From positions 1,530,001-1,562,000 of the forward strand of contig NC_006624.1 of assembly GCF_000009965.1 (NCBI RefSeq): 32,000 nt of DNA. The letters run 5' to 3'. Within the stretch, counting starts at the first letter, position 1; the number at the start of each line of letters is the position of its first letter. The notes under the pieces were generated by a model. It was not told the origin of the DNA and made no database searches. It saw only the letters and a program-made list of their open reading frames with translations. Both the position numbers and the translations under genes were made by a program. The stretch is from Thermococcus kodakarensis KOD1 (GTDB taxonomy: Archaea > Methanobacteriota_B > Thermococci > Thermococcales > Thermococcaceae). Positions 1 through 13,564 of the stretch are shown here, piece by piece.

Positions 1-106
1 CACGGGTGTAAGCACGCTCAAGGACGTTGCCGAAAGCGGGATAAAGCCGAACCTCGTTCTCCCCGATGTGGGGGAGCTGAAAAGGTATCTGGAGGCTGCC
101 CTTTAG
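1..106 (+). CDS. 3' end of an unidentified CDS (partial, 5' end outside window)
   Basis: The frame 2..106 is open and ends at TAG 104-106 (...TGVSTLKDVAESGIKPNLVLPDVGELKRYLEAAL*). Composition matches neighbouring genes. The stop abuts the next ATG (TAGATG), suggesting co-transcription. The product cannot be identified from 34 aa. Confidence 0.4.
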   Translation, partial: TGVSTLKDVAESGIKPNLVLPDVGELKRYLEAAL

Positions 107-544
107 ATGGACGCAGGAGAGCTCATAAAGAAGATCATCTGGCAGGAAAACGAGCTCTACAACCTATACAAGCTCGGTGAGACCTTTGCCCTCTTTGAGA
201 GGCCCGACCTGAGGGACGACTTCGCCCAGCTCGCCGAGGAAGAACTTAGACATAGAAAGACCCTTGAAGGCCTCCTTTCGGAGGGTACAATCGAAGGGCT
301 CCTCCTCGATTACATGGACGAGCTTGAACTGGAGCCGATGGTGCACGACGAAAGGGCACACCCCGATAGCCTCGAGGAGCTGATAGTGGAGGCATTGATA
401 AGGGAGAAACATGCGTACGAACTCTACACAAAGCTCTCGCACATCCTGGAGGGAAGTCTGTCGCAGATATTCCGAATGATGGCAGGAGAAGAGCTGAAAC
501 ACGCCTACAGACTGAGGCTTATATACGAAAAGATCGATGGATAA
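107..544 (+). CDS. Ferritin-like / rubrerythrin-family diiron four-helix-bundle protein
   Basis: 145-aa ORF with two E-x-x-H metal-ligand helices (AEEELRH and AGEELKH) about 85 aa apart, the hallmark of ferritin-like diiron proteins. A T6 tract at 569-574 follows the stop. Confidence 0.65.
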   Translation: MDAGELIKKIIWQENELYNLYKLGETFALFERPDLRDDFAQLAEEELRHRKTLEGLLSEGTIEGLLLDYMDELELEPMVHDERAHPDSLEELIVEALIREKHAYELYTKLSHILEGSLSQIFRMMAGEELKHAYRLRLIYEKIDG

Positions 545-564
545 TTCGTCCAGCATTGTGATGC

Positions 565-575
565 CCCCTTTTTTA
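565..575 (+). terminator. Oligo-T archaeal terminator after the ferritin-like gene
   Basis: The sequence ccccTTTTTTaac lies about 20 nt after the stop at 542-544. T5+ tracts are the established archaeal intrinsic termination signal. Confidence 0.45.
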
Positions 576-668
576 ACATGGCTGCACCGTTATGCAAACA
601 TCACAGACATTTTTTGTCAACATGCCAAGCTGAAGCAGGGTAAGGTATATGTACCTTTTCCTCCATAG

Positions 669-5975
<5,307 letters not shown>

Positions 5976-5983
5976 ACTCTCTC

Positions 5984-6034
5984 CTTTTCTCCAATTTCGG
6001 CATTTTTACAAATTCCTGTCAAAGTATCATTTTT
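5984..6034 (+). terminator. Cluster of oligo-T tracts after nrdJ
   Basis: Within 60 nt of the TGA at 5973-5975 there are ccTTTTct (5984-5989), caTTTTTac (6003-6007) and tcaTTTTTaag (6030-6034). Confidence 0.5.
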
Positions 6035-6117
6035 AAGGGGGAAGTTTTAACTTCTGCCACTCATTGGGAAAGTTTAAGTTTGAGAAGACGAACCGGACTT
6101 ATTAAGGGGTGATGCTC

Positions 6118-6582
6118 ATGGACAAGGTTTACCTCACCTGGTGGCAGGTTGACAGGGCCATATTCGCCCTGGCGGACGAGCTGAGGAAGAACTTCATGCC
6201 GGATGTGATCGTTGGAGTCGCGAGGGGCGGGCTTATCCCGGCTGTGAGGCTCAGCCACATCCTCGGCGACCTTGAAGTGAAGGTCATAGACGTCAAGTTC
6301 TACAAGGACATAGATGAGAGAATGGAGAAGCCGGTCATAAACATCCCGCTCCACGGCTCGCTTGAAAGAAAGAAGGTCGTTATTGTGGACGACGTAAGCG
6401 ACACCGGAAAGACCCTCGAAGTTGTCATCGAGGAGGTAAAGAAAGCTGGAGCCGAGGAGGTTAAGGTCGCCTGCCTCAGCATGAAGCCCTGGACGAAGGT
6501 CGTCCCGGACTTCTACGTCTTCAGGACGGACAAGTGGATCGTCTTCCCGTGGGAGGAGTTCCCGGTCGTTGTGAGGGAGTGA
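6118..6582 (+). CDS. Purine (hypoxanthine/guanine/xanthine) phosphoribosyltransferase
   Basis: Type I PRT fold. The PRPP-binding loop is KKVVIVDDVSDTGKTL and the flexible-loop region is VGVARGGLIPA. Size is about 154 aa, as in small archaeal Gpt/Hpt enzymes. The SD aggggtga (6105-6112) favours ATG 6118; GTG 6109 and ATG 6112 are in-frame alternatives. A TATA-like gaaagtttaagttt lies at about 6070-6083. Confidence 0.85.
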   Translation: MDKVYLTWWQVDRAIFALADELRKNFMPDVIVGVARGGLIPAVRLSHILGDLEVKVIDVKFYKDIDERMEKPVINIPLHGSLERKKVVIVDDVSDTGKTLEVVIEEVKKAGAEEVKVACLSMKPWTKVVPDFYVFRTDKWIVFPWEEFPVVVRE

Positions 6583-6621
6583 GGTTTTTATTCTTCCGCT
6601 CCCACTCTTCTCGGTGATATC

Positions 6622-7176
6622 ATGAGGGCGTTCATAGCGATAGACGTCAGCGACGAAGTTAGGGACAACCTTCTCAGGGCCCAGGAAAGGATAGGGAACA
6701 AGGCAGCCAAGATAAAGTTCGTCGAGAGGGAGAACTTTCACGTCACGCTCAAGTTCCTGGGCGAGATAGACGAGACGACCGCCGAGGAAGTTAAGAGGGC
6801 ACTGGCGGAGATAGCAAAGAAACACAAGAAACACCGCGTCAGGGTGAAGGGGATAGGCGTCTTCCCGAACCCGAACTACGTGAGGGTCATCTGGGCGGGA
6901 ATAGAGAACGACGAGGGGATAAAGGCGATAGCGGAGGATGTGGAGAAGGCCATGAGGAAGCTCGGCTTCAAGAAGGAGAAGGACTTCGTCGCCCACATCA
7001 CTATTGGCAGGGTGAAGTTCGTCAGGGACAAGCTTGAGCTTGCCATGGCGCTGAAAGACCTCGCCAACGAGGACTTTGGGGAGTTCGAGGTCGAGGCGAT
7101 AGAGCTGAAGAAGAGCACGCTAACGCCAAAGGGCCCGATATACGAGACGGTTGCCAGGTTTGAGCTGGCCGATTGA
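6622..7176 (+). CDS. thpR: RNA 2',3'-cyclic phosphodiesterase (2H-phosphoesterase, LigT/ThpR family)
   Basis: Two H-x-T-x motifs with the canonical spacing and context (FHVTLKFLG and AHITIGRV). Length of 184 aa is typical. The SD ggtga lies 4 nt upstream of ATG 6622. Confidence 0.9.
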   Translation: MRAFIAIDVSDEVRDNLLRAQERIGNKAAKIKFVERENFHVTLKFLGEIDETTAEEVKRALAEIAKKHKKHRVRVKGIGVFPNPNYVRVIWAGIENDEGIKAIAEDVEKAMRKLGFKKEKDFVAHITIGRVKFVRDKLELAMALKDLANEDFGEFEVEAIELKKSTLTPKGPIYETVARFELAD

Positions 7177-7425
7177 AGCTGTAAGGGGCCTGTGGACATT
7201 TCTGGAGAACTTCGGTATCCTTATTGACTGATACAAATCTTTTTCTTTCGATTGCATGCCTATGCCCCCCATTATTCAGATTTTTTCTTTTGAGATATCA
7301 TAAAAGTAGACCACATCCAAGAACAATTTTTTTCATTTCAAGTTAACATAAAAAATTTAGAGAAAATGACAAAAATATTTATAAGGACAAGGATACTATA
7401 ATGAATTGAAGATAAGTTATGGAGA

Positions 7426-8835
7426 ATGAACCTAATGCAGTGGAAAATTATAGTGATAGTCATATTAGGAATGATTGTCTTGGGGGCCTCCCTCGAATTG
7501 AGCGCAGTAAATCTTGACTTCAACAATCCTCCAGCTCAGGTAATATCCCTACCTCAAGACAACGAGACCAATACAAGGGTATGCGCAAATTTTGACCCAG
7601 ATACTGCATTACGAGAAATAAATATGACAATTCAAAAGCTCACATTAGATATCACTCAAAAAGAAAACAGATTGAAAGAGATCTCTAAAGAGATAAAGAC
7701 AACACGGGATTCCAAGTTACTGAAGGAAATAGTTGAACTCCACAGGGATATTGAAGTGTCAAAAAGCAAAAGAGCATTCTATCAAAGAAAAGCAGGAAGC
7801 ACACAGATATATAGACAATACCTAAACGGCGAAAACATTGGAGTAACAAGTGCTGAATTAAACAAATATAAGAAGACCATGCCTAACTTCAAAGACGTAA
7901 GGAACCCTGAGGACGCTATAATAAAGCTTTCAATTATGGGTGAAATGACCTTTGATAAAATAGTATTAATTGACAACAAAATAAACAGCATACTTGAAAA
8001 CATCTCTTCAGGAACTGCCATGGGAGATGACGTCATCAGCAAAGTCTTTTCATTAATGAACAATCAATCAATATTATGGAATCAGCTAAGAGCGTATGCT
8101 GCATTAAGAGATAACTTACGAGTTAGATCTTTTCTCTCAAAAAATAGCAATAGCTTAGCCATCAGTGCTAATAGCGATCACAATTGTCAGTTAAAAAGTA
8201 ACGGAAAAATAAACTGTAGAGAAATTCAAAAAGGCTACGACGAAGACTTTGACTGTTGTTTGAGCTTTTATAGACTCTTACCTGCGCTTAAAAGCTATCA
8301 GACTTACACCTTCATCAACCTCAGACCCGTAGCTGTGTGGGTTGGGATGTACAGTTCAGAATTCCCTAATAAGGATTACCACGTTGGAGATTGGTGCACT
8401 TACACTTTTCCCCCAGATAATAAAGAATCAACAATTATTAACATCTATTGGGAGACTGCCCAAGAAATAAGCAGAAACTGGGAGCTTAAAGTAAGTTCTG
8501 TTCAGATAAAGTTTTTTTACTCTGCTTTGGTATACCGGCAGGAAACACAGCGATATGAAGAGACAAACTTGATATTCCAATACGATTGTTATTTCAGCAA
8601 GGGAAGAGTCAGATGTCTACCTTCCTCGTCTTACGGAAAATATTTATTTACAAATCCTAGGACTCCTCCATACAAATACACCACTAAAATAGTTACTAAT
8701 CCATATTGGTTAGTATGCAAGTACGGAGGAAACTGCAATGGATACGGCTGTCAATATTCAAAATGGGCAAACGCACACTGTGGAGGATGCTTTGCACCAG
8801 ATAAATCCGCCAGTCAGTACTTTGCAAAATCCTGA
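7426..8835 (+). CDS. Orphan signal-anchored, coiled-coil plus Cys-rich extracellular protein (no recognisable family)
   Basis: 469-aa ORF in a markedly AT-rich stretch. The N-terminal hydrophobic segment is WKIIVIVILGMIVLGASL. A heptad-like K/E/L region (LTLDITQKENRLKEISKEIKTTRDSKLLKEIVELHRDIEV) follows. The C-terminal half is rich in aromatic residues and Cys (14 Cys counted by eye, ending AHCGGCF). Several N-x-S/T sequons are present. A TATA-like atatttataagg lies at about 7374-7386. An alternative start is ATG 7435. Confidence 0.7.
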   Translation: MNLMQWKIIVIVILGMIVLGASLELSAVNLDFNNPPAQVISLPQDNETNTRVCANFDPDTALREINMTIQKLTLDITQKENRLKEISKEIKTTRDSKLLKEIVELHRDIEVSKSKRAFYQRKAGSTQIYRQYLNGENIGVTSAELNKYKKTMPNFKDVRNPEDAIIKLSIMGEMTFDKIVLIDNKINSILENISSGTAMGDDVISKVFSLMNNQSILWNQLRAYAALRDNLRVRSFLSKNSNSLAISANSDHNCQLKSNGKINCREIQKGYDEDFDCCLSFYRLLPALKSYQTYTFINLRPVAVWVGMYSSEFPNKDYHVGDWCTYTFPPDNKESTIINIYWETAQEISRNWELKVSSVQIKFFYSALVYRQETQRYEETNLIFQYDCYFSKGRVRCLPSSSYGKYLFTNPRTPPYKYTTKIVTNPYWLVCKYGGNCNGYGCQYSKWANAHCGGCFAPDKSASQYFAKS

Positions 8836-8850
8836 GGGGGTACTATAAAA

Positions 8851-10068
8851 ATGGATCGGCGTATTCTTTTTCCCCTCATTTCCATGTTTTTGGCTTTTCT
8901 TCTGTGTTCTGACATTATATCTGCCCAAAACTGGATTTTCAAGGGAGTTGCAGTCTCGGACGAAGGTATATATGCTATGACCGAAAACAATACCCTCGTT
9001 AAGCTTACTGAAAGCCTGGAACCTCTATGGGTGGTTGAGATTCAAAAGAATGCCCATATCAAACGCCTAATTCCAGCCGACAACGGCGTTCTCCTTGTCG
9101 GCGATGTTTTAGCCAAGCTCGACGGTAACGGAACCCTGCTCTGGGCAAAGAACGTGAGCGTCCGCGACGCAAGAGTTTTGCCCGATGGAGGTATTGTCTT
9201 CACAGACGGGAAGGTCGTTGGAGTGATCGACAAAAATGGAAAACCACTCTGGACAATCAAGTTCGCAACAAGAATAGCTGAAGTCCCTCCCGGTGTGAGA
9301 ATAAACGCCCTTGCGCCGCTGGACGGCTACATCCTTGTGGCAGGAACCTACATTTTGCCCGACGATCCAAAGTCCCACCTTTTTATAGGGGCACTCTCCC
9401 GGGATGGAACCCTTATCTGGACCAAAGTTCTCAACACGGGATACTATGACTATCCAGATGTCGCCATCTCCCTTGGAAACAATGGGCTCGTTGCAGGGGT
9501 TTACGGCGGCGGGAGCGACGCTCCGTGGATAGCTGACTACTTTGCCTTAAGGGTGTCTCCCGACGGAAAAATTGAGTGGTTCAACTCCTACGCCTGCCCA
9601 AGAGAAGAGGACTGGGACAGGTTTTGGAGCATGAAAGTCCTCGGAGCGGCCTGTAACGATGACACCTGCGCTCTCGGAACAACGACCGGGACGTTTGTTA
9701 TCAACGCCGAGGGAAAACTTCTAACGGGGCTTAACTTTTCCGGAAAAGCCCTGAGAGTGGAGAACAATTCAATTCTTCTCCTCTCGAACGGGACTCTCCT
9801 AACGGTGCCGCTGAAGGGCGCTGAGTGCCGCGCGTACTCATCCAGTGTCCAGTTCAAGGAGATCACTCCAGACGTGAAGGTCGTCCCGGCGGAGTTGAAA
9901 GTGGGGGAAGCTCATCTGCAGGTGACAAAAATAAAGGAAGCCACACGGCCAGATCGCGGAATTCAGAATACTGGAGATGGAGGCCAGGCTAAAGGAGCAT
10001 ACTTTGGAGTTATCTTAGCTGTGGTCTTAATCGTCGGGATGGCTCTGGTAGCTAAGCTCAGAAAGTAA
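8851..10068 (+). CDS. Signal peptide-bearing PQQ-like beta-propeller repeat protein with C-terminal membrane anchor
   Basis: 405-aa ORF starting 15 nt after the upstream stop; the SD gaggggg overlaps that stop. The N-terminal signal is ILFPLISMFLAFLLCSDIISAQN. Motifs of the type G-(T/K)-(L/P)-(L/I)-W recur (NGTLLWAKNV, NGKPLWTIKF, DGTLIWTKVL, DGKIEWFNSY), as in BamB/PQQ-type propellers. The C-terminal TM plus basic tail is YFGVILAVVLIVGMALVAKLRK. Confidence 0.75.
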   Translation: MDRRILFPLISMFLAFLLCSDIISAQNWIFKGVAVSDEGIYAMTENNTLVKLTESLEPLWVVEIQKNAHIKRLIPADNGVLLVGDVLAKLDGNGTLLWAKNVSVRDARVLPDGGIVFTDGKVVGVIDKNGKPLWTIKFATRIAEVPPGVRINALAPLDGYILVAGTYILPDDPKSHLFIGALSRDGTLIWTKVLNTGYYDYPDVAISLGNNGLVAGVYGGGSDAPWIADYFALRVSPDGKIEWFNSYACPREEDWDRFWSMKVLGAACNDDTCALGTTTGTFVINAEGKLLTGLNFSGKALRVENNSILLLSNGTLLTVPLKGAECRAYSSSVQFKEITPDVKVVPAELKVGEAHLQVTKIKEATRPDRGIQNTGDGGQAKGAYFGVILAVVLIVGMALVAKLRK

Positions 10069-10142
10069 CTCCTACTTTTCTCTCTAACTCCACCAACAAA
10101 AGCAATAAAATACCTCAATGCGAACTCCAATCAGGTGTGAGC

Positions 10143-11513
10143 ATGGAGATGGAAGAAGTAATCGCTGAAGTCCTCCAGAAAATCGTACCAACCGAGGAAG
10201 AGAGGGCCTTCGTTAAGGAACTGATAGGGGAGCTTGAGGGTATAGCGAGAGAAAAGGCGCAAGAGCTTGGCCTCGAGGTTAAGCCATACTTCGTCGGCTC
10301 CCTCGCCAAGGATACCTATCTCGCTGGAGACCACGACGTTGATCTCTTCTTGGCTTTTCCGCTCGACACACCTCTTGAAGAAGTGAGGGAGAGGGGACTG
10401 GAGCTTGGGAAGGAGATAGGGAAAACACTTGGAGAATACGAAATAGCCTACGCGGAGCATCCATACGTGAGGGCTAAATACAGGGACGTTAAAGTCGATT
10501 TAGTTCCCTGCTACGACGTGAGGGACTGGAAGGACGTAAGAACCGCCGTTGACCGCTCAATTCTCCACACAAAGTGGGTGAACGAGAACCTCAACGGAAA
10601 GAACAACGAGGTTAGACTGCTCAAACGCTTCCTCAAGGGGATAAAAGCCTACGGGAGCGAGATATACGTCCGAGGTTTTTCAGGATACCTCTCCGAGATA
10701 CTCGTGATAAAGTACGGCTCTTTTGTTGAAGTCCTCGAAAAGGCCGACTTCATACTGAGGCAAAAGGTGGTTGATCCAGCAGGCTGGCTGAAAAGGGAAC
10801 CCGAAATAGCGATGAAAACAGTAAGGAGGGAAGTTGAAGAGGACAAGCCCCTCGTTGTCATAGACCCCGTTGATCCGAGAAGGAACGTGGCCGCTAACCT
10901 GAGCTGGGAGAAGTACGGGAGGTTTTACTTCAAGGCAGACGAGTTCCTCCAAAGGCCATCGCTTGAGTTCTTCTTCCCTACGGGAAAAACTGGAGGGGAC
11001 TATCTGGCGGAGCTGAGGAGAAAGGGGACTCACCTAATAACGCTTCTCTTTGACGTTCCGGAGATGGTGGACGACCTGCTCTTCCCACAGCTGGAGAGAA
11101 GCGCGAGGGGGTTTGAGAAGGCCCTTTCGAGGGAGGGTTTTGAAGTCTTAGGGTGGAACACTGGACGGTACGGTGCTGAAAAGGCCTTCGTAATGCTCGA
11201 ACTCGACAGGGTTGAGAGGCCGAGGGTAAAAATCCACCCCGGCCCGGAGTTCTTCACGGAGAGAGGCAGGGACTTCTACAGAAAGAACGAGAGGGTATGG
11301 CTCGTTGGCAAGAGGCTCTACGCGGAGAAGAGGGTAAAGGAAAATATCATTGACGTCGTCAGAGAACTGCTTGAGAAGAACCAGGTGGCCCTTGGAAAGA
11401 ATCTGCGGGAAACTGTAAAAGGAGCAGAGATACTCGTGGACTACGTGCCGAGGCCTTTAGAGAACGAGGCCTACCTCTTCCTTAGCAGAGAGAAGGAAGG
11501 CCTTAAACATTAG
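10143..11513 (+). CDS. cca: CCA-adding enzyme (archaeal class I tRNA nucleotidyltransferase)
   Basis: The N-terminal Pol-beta nucleotidyltransferase motif is FVGSLAKDTYLAGDHDVDLFLAFP (G-S ... D-x-D). Length is about 456 aa and the overall architecture is typical of archaeal CCA enzymes. The SD aggtg at 10133-10137 favours ATG 10143; GTG 10137 and ATG 10149 are alternatives. Confidence 0.92.
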   Translation: MEMEEVIAEVLQKIVPTEEERAFVKELIGELEGIAREKAQELGLEVKPYFVGSLAKDTYLAGDHDVDLFLAFPLDTPLEEVRERGLELGKEIGKTLGEYEIAYAEHPYVRAKYRDVKVDLVPCYDVRDWKDVRTAVDRSILHTKWVNENLNGKNNEVRLLKRFLKGIKAYGSEIYVRGFSGYLSEILVIKYGSFVEVLEKADFILRQKVVDPAGWLKREPEIAMKTVRREVEEDKPLVVIDPVDPRRNVAANLSWEKYGRFYFKADEFLQRPSLEFFFPTGKTGGDYLAELRRKGTHLITLLFDVPEMVDDLLFPQLERSARGFEKALSREGFEVLGWNTGRYGAEKAFVMLELDRVERPRVKIHPGPEFFTERGRDFYRKNERVWLVGKRLYAEKRVKENIIDVVRELLEKNQVALGKNLRETVKGAEILVDYVPRPLENEAYLFLSREKEGLKH

Positions 11514-11669
11514 GGCCAAGAGGAGGTCTTTTCTTTTCGTTTCACGTTTTAGCTTCTCAAGACGGTTGAGGGCATCCTCCAATTTTGAGCAGAACTCCCA
11601 GCTGAATCCCCGCTGGAGGCAATCTATCAGCATTCCCTCGACTTTCTTATTCGACTTCTGTTTTTCCAT
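11457..11669 (-). CDS. Possible small protein (about 70 aa), unknown function, overlapping the cca 3' end
   Basis: The minus-strand ORF reads MEKQKSNKKVEGMLIDCLQRGFSWEFCSKLEDALNRLEKLKRETKRKD... An SD-like ggtggg lies 4 nt before ATG 11669, and an in-frame ATG at 11684 is an alternative. It sits 28-43 nt downstream of the GH57-like gene stop, so it could be co-transcribed. Against it: its last 57 nt overlap cca, and its K-rich part is simply the complement of the cca T-tract terminator. Confidence 0.35.
   Translation of the reverse strand: MEKQKSNKKVEGMLIDCLQRGFSWEFCSKLEDALNRLEKLKRETKRKDLLLALMFKAFLLSAKEEVGLVL
11527..11550 (+). terminator. Oligo-T terminator region after cca
   Basis: tcTTTTcTTTTcgTTTcacgTTTT begins 14 nt after the cca stop (TAG 11511-11513). 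Confidence 0.5.
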
Positions 11670-11711
11670 GTAACCCACCGTCATAAAATTAGGAGGACAA
11701 AACTTAAAAAG

Positions 11712-13448
11712 CTATCCCCTGTGCTCGCACCACTCCCGGTTCTCCCAGTGACCATGCGCCTCGCCGGGTATGTGTCCAGTATCTGCGACCGCCCATTCAA
11801 GTTTATAGTTCTCTATCAGCTCCCTGAGCGACCCCCTGAGGTCGCGCTTTCCGACGAAGAGAGCCGCTCTCGTCACGACGTTGTAGCCGCTGTTTGGAAC
11901 CTCTGGGGCTAGGGCGTCGGCCCAGGCTTTTTCGGTAGTTTCCCAGCCCTCAAGCGACGGAAGAGTGCCGAGGTTCCAGAGGTGGTAAAGCTCTCCAAAG
12001 TTCAGAAGCTTGAGGTAAGCCCCGATGAAGAGGCCCTGAAGCTCGCTCCCCTCAAAGTATTCCATGAGCTCTATGAGCGCCTTCGAAAGGACCGAGACGT
12101 TGCCAAAGGCCACGCGCGTGTCGAGGTTCTCCCAGAAGCGCGGACAGGAGTGGTTGGCCAGGAGCATGAGGTAGTAAACCCTACCAAGCTTAAGGGCCTT
12201 CTCTTCTCCGTTCGCCGGCTCAAGGACGTAGTCCAGGGAGGTGTCCATGCCAAAGTAGTCATAGTAGTCCCTGAAGAAGACCCTTGCGTAGCGGACGAGG
12301 AACTCCGCCGCTCTTTCACGGTCAGCACCGATGTCTTCAAGGGCCCTGAGGACTCCGAGCCTCACAACCCTGTTCAGCTCTTCGAAGAGCCTCGTGAAGG
12401 CAACCTTCCAGAGCTGGCTTATCTTCCTTCCGTTAACCGCCCTCGCAAAGACCTTACCGTCGGCCCTGCGGTAGCCGAGCCAGCGTGAATCGCTTGTCTT
12501 GCCGTCGAGGCTCAGATCGAAGTAGTCGCTCCAGGCAGAGTAGTCCTTGACGCCCATTTCAAAGGAGCACTCCCCATCAAGGCGCCTGAACTCTCCCGAG
12601 AGCTTCCGTCTGACGAACTCCATAGCTGAAACCCTCTCGACGCCGTTCTCTTCGAGGCCTTTCATCCAGGAAATGAACCTGTCGAGCTGTGCAGGGTTTC
12701 CGAGAAGGCTCTCCAGGTCACTTGCCGTGAAGACAAGGTAGGGGACACCAACGCTCTCCTTGTATTCGTCCCGTCTCTCCAGGGTCTTGCCGATCAAACC
12801 TAGAACATCGAGGGTGTTGAAGGCAAAGGCGTCGCTCAGCTCCCACTCCCTCCCGAAGACAAAGGAGTTCAGATAGCGGTTGCAGGAGTACTTTGCCTGA
12901 GGAAAGTCGTAGAGGAGCTGCCTCTCGTCGAGGAGGAAGACAAGCTTTCTGTCAGTTGAAGATTCAACTATTGAAGCGCTCTCGCGGGTGATAACTGCTT
13001 CGGGAAGCCAGTAGCCAACGACTGGGCGGTTCTCTATCAGGGGCGAGTAGAAGTCAAAGGAGACCTTAGCGAGTATTTCCTGCTCAAACCTGTCGAGGTG
13101 GGGCACTATAGGATGGAAGGGCGTTGTCGGGACAGCGTCAAGCTCCCGCAAAAGCTCCACTGTCTCCTCAAAGGCGCGCCTGCGGTAGTGGAGGAGCATG
13201 AGGAAAGTGAACGGCTCTATGTCAACGCTCACGCCCTTCATCCTGCCGAGGACGTCGTTTATGTACTCATAGGAGTACAACATGGCCCTCGTCCAGTTCT
13301 CGCCCTTGACGTACTCGTCGCGGATTTTAATCGAGACGGGGCTCTTACGCTCTTCATACTCAATTGGGGATTTCCCATCGCCGTCCTTGACGTAGACTAT
13401 ATCGCCGGGCTGGTAAGCGTGGAAGTGGTGGGCGTACTTCATCTCCAT
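11712..13448 (-). CDS. GH57-like glycoside hydrolase family protein (specificity unknown)
   Basis: The N-terminus MEMKYAHHFHAYQP resembles GH57 region I (H-x-H-Q-P very near the N-terminus). HPIVPH and GYWLPEAV resemble GH57 regions around the nucleophile Glu. The SD cggtga lies 4 nt upstream of ATG 13448. The ORF also extends in frame to ATG 13502, which would fit a leaderless transcript from the TATA-like box at 13526-13534. Confidence 0.6.
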   Translation of the reverse strand: MEMKYAHHFHAYQPGDIVYVKDGDGKSPIEYEERKSPVSIKIRDEYVKGENWTRAMLYSYEYINDVLGRMKGVSVDIEPFTFLMLLHYRRRAFEETVELLRELDAVPTTPFHPIVPHLDRFEQEILAKVSFDFYSPLIENRPVVGYWLPEAVITRESASIVESSTDRKLVFLLDERQLLYDFPQAKYSCNRYLNSFVFGREWELSDAFAFNTLDVLGLIGKTLERRDEYKESVGVPYLVFTASDLESLLGNPAQLDRFISWMKGLEENGVERVSAMEFVRRKLSGEFRRLDGECSFEMGVKDYSAWSDYFDLSLDGKTSDSRWLGYRRADGKVFARAVNGRKISQLWKVAFTRLFEELNRVVRLGVLRALEDIGADRERAAEFLVRYARVFFRDYYDYFGMDTSLDYVLEPANGEEKALKLGRVYYLMLLANHSCPRFWENLDTRVAFGNVSVLSKALIELMEYFEGSELQGLFIGAYLKLLNFGELYHLWNLGTLPSLEGWETTEKAWADALAPEVPNSGYNVVTRAALFVGKRDLRGSLRELIENYKLEWAVADTGHIPGEAHGHWENREWCEHRG

Positions 13449-13525
13449 TGTCTCACCGTGAGTGATACAATTCGGAAGTTTATGGGCCTTTCGGAAGTCC
13501 ATTATTACCCAGAGATGTCCGACAG

Positions 13526-13534
13526 ATTAATAAA
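13526..13534. promoter_or_regulatory. Shared TATA-like element in a 62-nt divergent intergenic region
   Basis: ATTAATAAA (TTTATTAAT on the other strand) is the only AT-rich box between the divergent genes ending at 13502 (-) and starting at 13565 (+). It lies about 25-35 nt from both. Confidence 0.4.
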
Positions 13535-13564
13535 GGTGTACACTCAATTTCTCCCGGTGGAAGA

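Noticed and set aside
6061-6996. 311-aa minus-strand ORF spanning the phosphoribosyltransferase and thpR genes
   Set aside because: It is antisense to two independently well-supported genes, crosses their intergenic spacer, and its translation is low-complexity.
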